This document shows, in pieces, positions 36,779 through 46,349 of a stretch of 64,000 nt of DNA. The notes under the pieces are model-generated. The model worked only from the letters and a program-made list of their open reading frames with translations. It did not search any database and was not told the DNA's origin. Position numbers and translations under genes: made by a program. Within the stretch, counting starts at the first letter, position 1, and every line of letters starts with the position of its first letter. The stretch comes from Alphaproteobacteria bacterium (lineage in GTDB: Bacteria > Pseudomonadota > Alphaproteobacteria > Rs-D84): the NCBI GenBank assembly GCA_016927735.1, contig JAFGMC010000006.1, forward strand, positions 116,026-180,025, read 5' to 3'.

Positions 36779-37312
36779 TTATTCCATCACCACTGGTTTC
36801 CAATTTTTCGTATCCAGTTTTTGTAAATCAGATGGTAAATCTGAAACGTGCATAACATTCCAAGTTTGTGTTCTGCCGAATGGGCCAATTTTGCCGCGAA
36901 CACGCAATTTTGTTGGTTCTTCTTTTTCCTGCCAAATTACACTGCGATAAACACTGCCCTTTTTTGGATCCATAATTTTTCCGTCTTCATATTCCGAATC
37001 ATCAGCGTCCCATTCCATATTCCACAGAATATCCAAACCAGCCATTTTTGGTTCACCCTTGACCTTGGTCGCAACACGAACAGGTTTTGAAAGTGTTTCT
37101 GTTATCTTGCCATTACCATCTTGATCATACAAAGCAATTATACGACCACCCAATTTTACATCATCACCATCTTTGTATTCATACAATGCGACGATTGATT
37201 TTGGTTTATGTGTACCATCATCAATTGTTTGGTAAAAGCCAGGGTTTGGTAATTTCGCCATGGTCACACATGGAATCAATATCAACGCACTCGCTATAAA
37301 TCCGATTTTCAT
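36779..37312 (-). CDS. DUF2147-family periplasmic protein
   Basis: Signal peptide. The pattern GRIIALYDQDGNG...GLDILWNMEWD...GKIMDPKKGSVYRS....LRVRGKIGPFGRTQTWN follows the DUF2147 pattern. Confidence 0.65.
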   Translation of the reverse strand: MKIGFIASALILIPCVTMAKLPNPGFYQTIDDGTHKPKSIVALYEYKDGDDVKLGGRIIALYDQDGNGKITETLSKPVRVATKVKGEPKMAGLDILWNMEWDADDSEYEDGKIMDPKKGSVYRSVIWQEKEEPTKLRVRGKIGPFGRTQTWNVMHVSDLPSDLQKLDTKNWKPVVME

Positions 37313-37390
37313 ATATAAATCCTTTGTTTGTTAATTGGGCATAAGATAAGGCTACATCAGAAAAACATCAAAATCAAGCAATGATAAATA

Positions 37391-38110
37391 TCAGATTGAA
37401 CGAACAACGCGACAAAAAACAATACCATAAACCGCATGTGCACCAGCTTTTTTTAAAACACGATTTAATTCCATAAATGTGCTACCGGTTGTCATAACAT
37501 CATCAACCAGTAAAATTGTTTTACCTTTGATTTTTTCTGGATGAATAACTGAAAAAACACCACGAATATTTTCCGCACGTTGTTTTGCATTTTTATGTCC
37601 CATGTCTGGACGATACTTTCTGCAAACACTGTCAGTATCAATTTTAACATCAAGATACTTTGCAATTGGTCGCGCCAGCAAAGTCGCCTGGTTATAACCA
37701 CGTTTCCATAAACGGCGATACGCCAATGGAACAGGCACAATTAAATCTATATTTTCTTTTAATTCACCTAATGCACCAATCATTGCGCGCGACATTATTT
37801 TTTGATAATGCAATGCACCAGCATGCTTGAAGGGCAACATTATATTCCTTGAAAAATCGTCATACACACAAGCACTACGCATCCAATCTAATTCACAATT
37901 ACCGGCTGCGCATATTGGACATAATGGATTTTTTCCAAGGTCTAAATCTGCAGGAAATGGGTACCCACATTTGCAACATTTTGGATCAGATATCCAATTG
38001 AATTTCGACCAACAACCATGACACAAAGAACCATGTTCAGAAACGTTTGAATTACAAATTGGACAACTGGGGGGAAACAGAAAATCTAGGAATTTCATTG
38101 CACTCTGCAA
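37391..38110 (-). CDS. comF: ComF-family phosphoribosyltransferase (ComFC-like)
   Basis: N-terminal Cys4 clusters (CPICNS...CHGCW, CCKCGYPF...CPIC), RGYNQATLLA, and the PRPP loop ILLVDDVMTTGST. Confidence 0.8.
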   Translation of the reverse strand: MQSAMKFLDFLFPPSCPICNSNVSEHGSLCHGCWSKFNWISDPKCCKCGYPFPADLDLGKNPLCPICAAGNCELDWMRSACVYDDFSRNIMLPFKHAGALHYQKIMSRAMIGALGELKENIDLIVPVPLAYRRLWKRGYNQATLLARPIAKYLDVKIDTDSVCRKYRPDMGHKNAKQRAENIRGVFSVIHPEKIKGKTILLVDDVMTTGSTFMELNRVLKKAGAHAVYGIVFCRVVRSI

Positions 38111-38131
38111 TTTGCATTTTGCACACTTACT

Positions 38132-39400
38132 TTACCAAGTCATGCTTTTATAAGTTTTATTACTGACACTATCGCCAAACATATCACGTTTTTGTTGGGT
38201 CAGTGTTTCATATTGATCAGAAGAAATTACGCGCAGAACAAAACTGTCGTCACTACGTTGACTTAACACAGGCACAATACGTTGATCAGACACACCTGTA
38301 TCACGTAATACTTGTTCAACAATTGCCAATCTGCGAGCAGCCAGTTTACGATCGTCCAAACTGCGGGTTGAACGTTCTGGTATAGAAACCTGTATTGCAC
38401 GTTTCGGATTACTTACAATAACGCTGGCATATTCACTCAACAAATTATAATTATCACGCGACAAAGAAGAATCTTCGCCCTTGAATCCAATTTTTATTTC
38501 CAGTGGACGAACACCACCAGATTCTGATAAATCACGCGTTGATGTAAAACCTTCGATAGATGTTGAAACATCACTGGCAACATCAAATCTGTCATCAATC
38601 TTGTATGTAGATAAATGTTTGTTTTCAGATAGGTAAGTTTTTTTGAATGCATTTTTTAATTCGCCTGGTGACATTTTTGCAAAATCAGTTTCAAGACTGG
38701 CAAACGAAGGTTGAGAATCTTTTTTAACCTTTCTTACAATAACATCTTCTTCCATTGGTACAACAACACGGCTTAACGAAATATTATCATCAATATCAGA
38801 TTTTATATCTGTTTCTGGCATTTCAAAACGACGCGTATTTCTGGAAACTACTTCTGTTTTTATATCATAAGAATTTATATTACTTGGTTTATAAGTTTTT
38901 GCTGCGCGGATACTTTCATCAGCCTTGCGTTGTAAATCAACCAAATTTGCAATCTGTGAATCCATATCAGCAATCTGACCGACAGATTGGGCAGAACGTG
39001 AAACAACCCTTGGTTCTAAATCTTCTTCTGGTAATTCTATATCACTTTTGATAACTGAAAATTCTTGTGGTTCTGGCAAACGCAAAGGTGCCGAAGAACG
39101 TGCCCATAAATCACCACTTGGTTTCTTTGGATTTAATATGTCAGAGCGACTGGCAACTATTTTTTCACCAACATCTGCAGTTACAACTTTTAAATTAGAT
39201 GTGCGTTGTGAAACAACTTTTTTTTCAACTGGAGAAACAGTGACCAATGGGGCCTCTCCAAATGCAGCGCGTGCAGAAACCGCCCCAGCTGCAACATTTA
39301 CAACAGGTAAACGAGCATCAGCAAAAGCCGGAAAACAAGCAAAAATAGATAAAACTGAAACTGTTGCTAACCGCATTCTTCTTTCCTTACACTTCATCAT
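38132..39400 (-). CDS. Secreted protein with Ser/Arg-motif N-terminal half and degenerate OmpA/MotB-like C-terminal domain
   Basis: Signal peptide (..SIFACFPAFA). Repeated VVSR/VASR motifs. The C-terminus IKIGFKGEDSSLSRDNYNLLSEYASVIVSNPKRAIQVSI...RKLAARRLAIVEQVLRDTGVSDQRIV has OmpA_C-like spacing, but I do not see the usual TD..G...N..LS..RA residues. Confidence 0.45.
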   Translation of the reverse strand: MMKCKERRMRLATVSVLSIFACFPAFADARLPVVNVAAGAVSARAAFGEAPLVTVSPVEKKVVSQRTSNLKVVTADVGEKIVASRSDILNPKKPSGDLWARSSAPLRLPEPQEFSVIKSDIELPEEDLEPRVVSRSAQSVGQIADMDSQIANLVDLQRKADESIRAAKTYKPSNINSYDIKTEVVSRNTRRFEMPETDIKSDIDDNISLSRVVVPMEEDVIVRKVKKDSQPSFASLETDFAKMSPGELKNAFKKTYLSENKHLSTYKIDDRFDVASDVSTSIEGFTSTRDLSESGGVRPLEIKIGFKGEDSSLSRDNYNLLSEYASVIVSNPKRAIQVSIPERSTRSLDDRKLAARRLAIVEQVLRDTGVSDQRIVPVLSQRSDDSFVLRVISSDQYETLTQQKRDMFGDSVSNKTYKSMTW

Positions 39401-39445
39401 AGAACAAATGACGAAAGTGGGGCAAGCGGAAAATAGTATGTATAA

Positions 39446-40492
39446 TTATTTTATTACTTCATTGGCAATCATTGAAACGGCATTATTTGGGATGTACGCT
39501 TTTTCTGCCATTTTGATCAGGCGCGCTGGATTATCAAACAATTCTGTCAATGTGGCTGTTAACCATTTTGGTGTGAATTTAATTTGTTCAATTGCAAATG
39601 CACCGCCAGTCTTTGCAAAGTTTTCCGCATTTGCAGCCTGGTCTGGATTAATCCCAAGTGGAACAATAATTGCTGGACGTCCAATTGTTTCCAACTCTAC
39701 CACTGTACTGGCGCCGCCACGACCAATTATCAAATCAGCAGAAATAATTGTTTCAGCCATATTGTGAATAAAAGACAAAACATTTGCGCGAATTTTTTGT
39801 TCCGCATAAAATTGTTGCAGGCGCGCGACATTTTCTGGTCTTGTTTGATGTGTGACAAATATTTTTTTATTTTTCATATTTGCTAATGCCTGTGGTACAA
39901 CATCGTCCAAGATTTGTGCACCCAAAGAACCACCTGTGACCAAAATACGTGATTCAATTTTTAATGGACTGTTTGCGGCTGCCAAAAAATCCTTACGTAC
40001 AGGCAGTCCAGTATATATAACCTTCATTGATTTATTTTTTGGAATATCATTAACCTTTGGAAAGCTGGTCATAAGCGTTTTAACCCAACGCAGCGCAAAT
40101 TTATTTGCGCGTCCAATTGCACCATTTTGTTCATGCAACAATGTTGGAATCTTCCATAAATGCGCGGCAAAAACAGCCGGAACTGACGCATATCCACCAA
40201 AGGCAACAACACGGTCTGGTCTAAATAACATAAAACGCAAAGAAAGTGCTAAACTGGATACTGCAATTTTGAACAAAGCAAACATTTGCATAACTTTACT
40301 TTTTGCACCAACGCCAGATGCCCATATAAACGCAACACCGGCGCGTGATGGTTTACTTTTCTTTACCATATTCAATACGCGTCCATCGGTAGAGATAATA
40401 ATCCGGTGACCACGTTTAACCAATTCCTCGGCCACACTGAGTGCAGGAAACACATGCCCACCAGTTCCACCAGTTGCAATCCAAATTCGCAT
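39446..40492 (-). CDS. murG: UDP-N-acetylglucosamine--N-acetylmuramyl-(pentapeptide) pyrophosphoryl-undecaprenol GlcNAc transferase
   Basis: IATGGTGGHVFPALSVAEEL and the C-terminal IGRGGASTVVELETIGRPAIIVP. Confidence 0.9.
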   Translation of the reverse strand: MRIWIATGGTGGHVFPALSVAEELVKRGHRIIISTDGRVLNMVKKSKPSRAGVAFIWASGVGAKSKVMQMFALFKIAVSSLALSLRFMLFRPDRVVAFGGYASVPAVFAAHLWKIPTLLHEQNGAIGRANKFALRWVKTLMTSFPKVNDIPKNKSMKVIYTGLPVRKDFLAAANSPLKIESRILVTGGSLGAQILDDVVPQALANMKNKKIFVTHQTRPENVARLQQFYAEQKIRANVLSFIHNMAETIISADLIIGRGGASTVVELETIGRPAIIVPLGINPDQAANAENFAKTGGAFAIEQIKFTPKWLTATLTELFDNPARLIKMAEKAYIPNNAVSMIANEVIK

Positions 40493-40609
40493 TTTAGACT
40501 CCGTTTTTATACAGTTGATATTATATCAAAATATCCTTGATTTTCCATAAAAACCTTCTAAAGTTAATATAAAGAGATGTAGGGTTATAAAATAATAACG
40601 GAGCTAGTT

Positions 40610-41473
40610 ATGAAACATACATCCGCTGCAAATATTAGAAAAATCCTGGAATTTAATAGATGTGAATCTATTGAACAATTAAACTCTTCTGAAACAGTTC
40701 ATTTGAATGTAGTTGATTTGAATGGTTATATAAATCTGGCTGATTTTACAAAAGGTGCTTTAAAAATATATTTTTCTGGCACAAATAAAGAATTAAAAGA
40801 TTTATATGATCGTTATTATAATAACGAGAAAGATGAAAAAGTTCTGGCAAAAGTAAAACAAATGAATCGAAAAGTCGATTTGGATGCCAGTTATGCTGGT
40901 GAATTTGCTTATTGGTTTTTTAGAAACGACTTTGAACATTATTTTATTAATTCAGTAAAACTGCGTCATCCGAATCAAGTGTTTCATTTTGGCAATCCCG
41001 GATTCTGTGTTCAAAATGGCAATCTGCGTAAAATGATAGACAATGCAAAAATTGCAGCCAGATATAGAAACATAAAAAAACATCTATTGAATAAAAATAA
41101 TACCGAGTTTCATGACGATATTATAAACCTTTTGTATTCTTACAGTGGTATCCAGAACGACAAAAAATATATAGATGAACTTTTGTTAAAAGTTAATGAA
41201 TTAAAATTGAAAATAGATGAAAAACAAAAACAAATAAAGATTAAAAAAGGTCATATAACTGAACAATTAGATGAAATCAAAGGAAAAAAAGATTTTCTTG
41301 GATTTTCTGAAATTGAAGAAATATTACCAATTAATTTTGAAACAAAAACCCTTACAAATAACGATAGTGGGGATCAGATTTTTGATTATCATGTATTATC
41401 AATGTCATCCATAGAGATTATGAAAAAAAGAAATTCAATGTGGTATAATAAAATCACTCAAAAATCAAAGTAG
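40610..41473 (+). CDS. Hypothetical protein, 287 aa, orphan, opposite strand inside the dcw gene run
   Basis: ACGGAG Shine-Dalgarno. No TM or signal peptide. Lys/Asn-rich with a predicted coiled-coil stretch (LLLKVNELKLKIDEKQKQIKIKKGHITEQLDEIKGKK). It has its own terminator. Confidence 0.5.
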   Translation: MKHTSAANIRKILEFNRCESIEQLNSSETVHLNVVDLNGYINLADFTKGALKIYFSGTNKELKDLYDRYYNNEKDEKVLAKVKQMNRKVDLDASYAGEFAYWFFRNDFEHYFINSVKLRHPNQVFHFGNPGFCVQNGNLRKMIDNAKIAARYRNIKKHLLNKNNTEFHDDIINLLYSYSGIQNDKKYIDELLLKVNELKLKIDEKQKQIKIKKGHITEQLDEIKGKKDFLGFSEIEEILPINFETKTLTNNDSGDQIFDYHVLSMSSIEIMKKRNSMWYNKITQKSK

Positions 41474-41474
41474 T

Positions 41475-41500
41475 AAAACGCCCGATTGGGCGTTTTTTAT
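41475..41500. terminator. Hairpin terminator between orphan ORF (+) and ftsW (-)
   Basis: AAAACGCCC-GATT-GGGCGTTTTTT. The T-run overlaps the ftsW stop. On the minus strand the hairpin is followed by TTTTAC. Confidence 0.6.
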
Positions 41501-42630
41501 TTCCATTTATCTTCACGGACAATTGCTAAAATCATTCCGAATAATAAACAAAATGCTACGAACGAACTGCCACCATATGATATAAATGGTAAGGTCATCC
41601 CTTTGGGCGGGAACAAGTGCAATGCCGACATTATGTTTATAGAAACCTGACCACCAAATAATGCCGCCGCACCACCAGTTGCATAAAATACAAATGGGTC
41701 ACGGGCACGCAAAGCACTGGTTGTTAAACGGTTAAGAACATATAAGAAAATACATAATAATGCACAAGCCAAGATTGCGCCACTATCCTCTGCAATCGCA
41801 GAGAAAATAAAATCAGTGTGTGCATCTGGTAATGATTGTTTTATAAACGCATCATCACCACTGCCCAATAATCCGCCATGCTGAATTGACTGGATAGATT
41901 GTTTTATTTGATAACTGCCACCAGAAAAAAGACTGATTATACGACTGTGAACATGTGGCATGGTAAAAAATGCAAAAACACCTATCATCCCCATAAATCC
42001 AACAATAATTGGTATTAATACCAATGGTAATCCTGCGATAAAAAACATTGTTGATAAAACAGTAAAATATAATAAAAACGTTCCAAGATCTGGGTGTTTT
42101 AAAATTATAAACAATGCTGGTAATGCAATTGCTATATACGTAACCCAACTTAACCTCTTTAATTGCCAGGCCTCTTTATTAAAGAAAATACTTTGACCAA
42201 ATTTTTCCTTCATTGTGGCCAAAAACCAGGCTGTAATCATTATAAAACCAGGCTTCATAATATCGGCGGGCATAACACTGAAAAACCCTAAATCTACCCA
42301 TCTGGTACTGCCCTTAATCGACATCGGCGCAAATACTGTTACCAATAAAAGAAACAAACAAATTGCAACATTTAAAGCAGAAATTCGTAAAACCCATTTT
42401 TTATCCAATGCACTTGATAAAAATAAAGTCACTAATCCGATACCATAAAAAGGTAATGCTTTTAATATAAAGAAATACCATGGTTGACTGATACGCTCTG
42501 CCGCAACACTGCCCGCAGATACCATTGCCCACATACCAACAAAAACCAAGAATATGACAAAGAATAACAGACGCCTGTCTATTTCAAAATACCAACTGGT
42601 AAGTTTACTTTCTTCGGTTCTTTTTAACAT
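41497..42630 (-). CDS. ftsW: Cell division peptidoglycan polymerase FtsW (SEDS family)
   Basis: 10-TM SEDS protein (..PDAHTDFIFSAIAEDSG.., ..LPPKGMTLPFISYGGSS..). It lies directly downstream of mraY. Confidence 0.9.
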   Translation of the reverse strand: MLKRTEESKLTSWYFEIDRRLLFFVIFLVFVGMWAMVSAGSVAAERISQPWYFFILKALPFYGIGLVTLFLSSALDKKWVLRISALNVAICLFLLLVTVFAPMSIKGSTRWVDLGFFSVMPADIMKPGFIMITAWFLATMKEKFGQSIFFNKEAWQLKRLSWVTYIAIALPALFIILKHPDLGTFLLYFTVLSTMFFIAGLPLVLIPIIVGFMGMIGVFAFFTMPHVHSRIISLFSGGSYQIKQSIQSIQHGGLLGSGDDAFIKQSLPDAHTDFIFSAIAEDSGAILACALLCIFLYVLNRLTTSALRARDPFVFYATGGAAALFGGQVSINIMSALHLFPPKGMTLPFISYGGSSFVAFCLLFGMILAIVREDKWK

Positions 42631-42631
42631 A

Positions 42632-43720
42632 TTATGCGAACTTTAATAATATTAATGCCAATCCCGAAAACAGAATTGAAACTATAAAGAATCTTTCTAC
42701 TATTTTCGATTCAGAATAACCTTTTAATTCAAAATGATGATGCAATGGTGCCATTTTAAAAACACGTTTACCGGTACCTGTTATTTTTCGTGTAATCTTA
42801 AAATACATTGTTTGTATAAATGATGACATCAATATAAGAACCATCATACCTGCTGCAATACCCATAATAATCTCAGATTTTAACAGCATTGCAACTGTTC
42901 CCATAAATCCCCCCAGCGCAAGTGATCCAACATCACCCATAAAGATTGCAGCTGGTTTTGAATTAAACCACAAAAATCCCATAACCGCGCCAAATGCCGC
43001 ACCCAAAACCGGATACAAACCATTTGCTTGTGGTAAAAACATAACACTGTCCATAAATCCAATTCGTGTTGCACCGTAAAGCGCAACAACCAAAACAATT
43101 AAAACAGGCATATAAATCTTTGACAACATTCCATCCAATCCATCTGTAATATTTGTCGCATTTGCACTGCCGGTTATAACAAAATATGCAAAAATAAAAT
43201 AGAATAATCCCAATGGTAAAATAATACCAAATGGCAGCGATACAGAAAATTCTGGAATATACGGTGGCATTGTTTTATTAATAAAATATGCCAGTACCAA
43301 CACACACAAAAGTTCTAAAATTAATCTAACTTTTGGTGATAAACCATTAGCAGCTTTTTTTGACTGGCTGCGAACTTTTTTATAATCATCAAAAAATCCG
43401 ATTACACCAAACATAACCAATGACATCAATGCAATCCAACCTGTCGGATTAGACCATTTCATAAATAAAATACTGGAAATAATAATTGATATTAACAAAA
43501 GCAGTCCACCCATCGTTGGTGTTCCCGCTTTTTTCAAATGAGACTCTGGTACATTTTCACTTATTGGTTGACCGTGTTGAAGCCAACTACGCATATAATT
43601 TATAAAACTGTTACCAAAAACCAGCATTATCAAAAAAGATACACCAAACGCGGCACCCAGTTGCATCCAACCACTGGCAAAAAAATCATATCCATAATTC
43701 AATAAAAAATCAGTCAGCAT
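42632..43720 (-). CDS. mraY: Phospho-N-acetylmuramoyl-pentapeptide transferase
   Basis: KAGTPTMGGLL, NATNITDGLDGM, MGDVGSLALGG, and APLHHHFELKG. Confidence 0.95.
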   Translation of the reverse strand: MLTDFLLNYGYDFFASGWMQLGAAFGVSFLIMLVFGNSFINYMRSWLQHGQPISENVPESHLKKAGTPTMGGLLLLISIIISSILFMKWSNPTGWIALMSLVMFGVIGFFDDYKKVRSQSKKAANGLSPKVRLILELLCVLVLAYFINKTMPPYIPEFSVSLPFGIILPLGLFYFIFAYFVITGSANATNITDGLDGMLSKIYMPVLIVLVVALYGATRIGFMDSVMFLPQANGLYPVLGAAFGAVMGFLWFNSKPAAIFMGDVGSLALGGFMGTVAMLLKSEIIMGIAAGMMVLILMSSFIQTMYFKITRKITGTGKRVFKMAPLHHHFELKGYSESKIVERFFIVSILFSGLALILLKFA

Positions 43721-43788
43721 AAAGTCTCCTTTTATGCTTTAATTGTATCATAAAATGTAATTAAAATAAACGGTGGTTTGTGAATTTA

Positions 43789-44067
43789 TTATTCACACTC
43801 TATTGATTCATCATTTAAAAATAGTGTCCAATGCTTACCCTTATTCCACAAGGTAACATTTGTGTCATTTAAAACACCTTCATAGCGGGCACCTGATGCA
43901 GAAACAGTTTGTTTTAACACAACCGCGTCACCGTTTATGACAACAGCAAGCATATCCGCTTCCAATTTTTTGGAAATCTCATAATCGCCACATTTCATCA
44001 GTTTATCTGATTCCGAGCATGCTGTCAGAGCCGTTGCGGCAAACAAACAAAATAACAATTTCTTCAT
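43789..44067 (-). CDS. mliC: MliC-family lipoprotein (membrane-bound inhibitor of C-type lysozyme)
   Basis: Lipobox LTAC. The pattern VSASGARYEGV....VTLWNKGKHWTLFLNDESIEC, with paired Cys, matches the MliC pattern. Confidence 0.7.
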   Translation of the reverse strand: MKKLLFCLFAATALTACSESDKLMKCGDYEISKKLEADMLAVVINGDAVVLKQTVSASGARYEGVLNDTNVTLWNKGKHWTLFLNDESIECE

Positions 44068-44111
44068 ATTGACGCCTCTTTCACATAATTATATCATTTA
44101 ATTTTTAAAAA

Positions 44112-46154
44112 TCAAAATACTCCACCAATTGCAGGACTTTTTGATGATTTTAAAGTTTGCGGTGCAGGATTTGGGGATTGCCCTTCCTTGAATGCCTCTG
44201 TTATTATAATCCCATCTGGATCCTGACTGGAAAGAACACCAGTTCGACGATTAACACGAATCAATGTCATTCCATCTGGTACTGGGAATGGTTGATTTGG
44301 GTTGTTTGCCAGTGCTATTTTCATAAAATCTGCAAATACAGATGCTGCCATATGACTTCCACCACCCTTTCCCAAAGGTTTTGGATTATCATAGCCTAAA
44401 TAAACACCCGCAATTAAATTCCTAGAAAATCCCACAAACCAAACATCTTTTACTTCATTCGTAGTCCCTGTTTTTCCAGCAATTGTATGTCCTGATACTT
44501 GTGCTTGTTTACCCGTTCCTCTTTCAACAACACCTTGCATTATAGATACCAATTGATACAAACTTTGTGGGTCTGATAAAGGTTCTGCATCTGATTCTTT
44601 TACAGGAGGGGTCAGATCATTATTCCATTCAATTTGCCCCGGGATATCTTTTTTGCTTATAACGCGACCATACCTATCTTCTATATAATCAACCAATTTA
44701 GAGTTTACCAAATATCCACCATTGATAAATGCTGAATAACCCAAAACCAATTTTTCAAGTGTTGTTTCGCCAGATCCCAGTGCCATCGATAAATTTATAT
44801 CTTTTAAATTCTCTGGATAAACACCAAAACGTTGTGCGGATTGGATGGCTGGATGTATACCTATTTGTTCAACCAAACGAACAGTCGGAACATTACGCGA
44901 TGTTTCCAGTGATAAACGCAATGGAACATCACCCATAAAAATTTTATCGTAATTTTCTGGTTTCCACATTGTATCATCTTCTTTCCAACCAACAACTGGT
45001 TCATCTGACAATATTGCTTCTGGTGACATACCATTTTCCAGTGCTGTTAAATAAACAAAAGGTTTTATTGTACTTCCAATCTGACGCATTGCTTGGGTTG
45101 CACGATTAAAAGAACTTTCTTGGAAAGATCGTCCACCAGCCATTGCAACAATGCGTCCCGTATGTGGATTCATTGCAATAATTGCACCTTGCAATTTTTC
45201 TTCTCTCCCCTCACTAAATCTATCCAAAGCTTTATTTAATGCCGCACTTGCTGCACGTTGATACTCTGGAACAATTGTTGTTTTTATATACAAACCATCA
45301 TTATAAAGTGTATCACGACCAATACTGTTTAACAGTTGACGACGAACATCTTCTGCAAAATATTGAAAATCATCTTCCATTTGTGCTGTAAAACCACTAT
45401 TTATATTTAATGGCTCAGCAGCGGCGGCATCTGCATCTTCTTTGGTTATATATTTTTCATCAACCATGCGCTGCAAAACATAATTTCTTCTATCTATTGC
45501 ACGTTCGCGATTATTTGGCGCCTTAGGCAATGAAGCCAAGAATGCACATTCTGAAAGATTTAATTCTGAAACTGGTTTATTAAAATACATCAATGCAGCA
45601 GAACCAACACCATATGCGCGTGCACCTAAAAATATCTGATTTAGATACAATGTCATTATATGCTCTTTTGAAAAAGCACGTTCCAATTTTAATGCCAATA
45701 TCACTTCTTTTATTTTTCTTGATATTGTTCTGTCAGATGTTAAAAAGAAATTTTTTGCAACCTGCTGGGTTATTGTTGATGCACCTGTAAATTTTCTATT
45801 AAAACCAAACATACGCATAGAATTATTTACAGAAGCCCGAACTATACCCTGTACATCAATTCCAGGATGCGTCCAAAAATTCTGATCTTCGGCTGCAACA
45901 AATGCCTGGACCAATTGTGGTGGCATATCAAGAAAATCCATAAACACACGACGTTCTTGGGCATATTCAATCAACAAACTTCCATCAGATGCATACAATC
46001 TGGTAGCAACCGGTGGCGCATATGTTGCCAATTTTTTATAATCTGGTAAATCGTTTCCGTAAATTAAAATTAATCCGGCTAATAAAGCCACCCCGGCTGT
46101 AAAACACCAGAAAAAGGCATTAGATGTGAAATGTAAGATTTTTTTAAAAGTCAT
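44112..46154 (-). CDS. mrcA: Penicillin-binding protein 1A (bifunctional glycosyltransferase/transpeptidase)
   Basis: GT51 motifs are EDQNFWTHPGID, GASTITQQ and RKIKE. Transpeptidase motifs are STIKPF, SRNVP and KTGTT. The start is taken at MTFKKILHF (46154); the ORF is open to 46283. Confidence 0.9.
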   Translation of the reverse strand: MTFKKILHFTSNAFFWCFTAGVALLAGLILIYGNDLPDYKKLATYAPPVATRLYASDGSLLIEYAQERRVFMDFLDMPPQLVQAFVAAEDQNFWTHPGIDVQGIVRASVNNSMRMFGFNRKFTGASTITQQVAKNFFLTSDRTISRKIKEVILALKLERAFSKEHIMTLYLNQIFLGARAYGVGSAALMYFNKPVSELNLSECAFLASLPKAPNNRERAIDRRNYVLQRMVDEKYITKEDADAAAAEPLNINSGFTAQMEDDFQYFAEDVRRQLLNSIGRDTLYNDGLYIKTTIVPEYQRAASAALNKALDRFSEGREEKLQGAIIAMNPHTGRIVAMAGGRSFQESSFNRATQAMRQIGSTIKPFVYLTALENGMSPEAILSDEPVVGWKEDDTMWKPENYDKIFMGDVPLRLSLETSRNVPTVRLVEQIGIHPAIQSAQRFGVYPENLKDINLSMALGSGETTLEKLVLGYSAFINGGYLVNSKLVDYIEDRYGRVISKKDIPGQIEWNNDLTPPVKESDAEPLSDPQSLYQLVSIMQGVVERGTGKQAQVSGHTIAGKTGTTNEVKDVWFVGFSRNLIAGVYLGYDNPKPLGKGGGSHMAASVFADFMKIALANNPNQPFPVPDGMTLIRVNRRTGVLSSQDPDGIIITEAFKEGQSPNPAPQTLKSSKSPAIGGVF

Positions 46155-46349
46155 ATGGCAAAGTCTAAGACAATTATTATAAATAATCAAATTATTTAAT
46201 AACAAAAAGATTTTATAACGCGTTTTTATTTCTATAAATACCGATATATCTGTACTTGATTTGAAAATTTTATTTAAACTCAATAATAGATTTTTTTAAG
46301 CTCTCAAATATTTAAATAACACTTTTTTTCTATCTCTATGCATTTTATT

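Noticed and set aside
39048-40409. Long antisense ORFs (239 aa and 185 aa) opposite the OmpA-like gene and murG; similar cases lie at 10915..11436 and 30243..30581
   Set aside because: The sense-strand genes have unmistakable family motifs (murG GGTGGH, rsmA, gyrA). The antisense products are low-complexity and lack start signals. They are shadow ORFs produced by codon bias.
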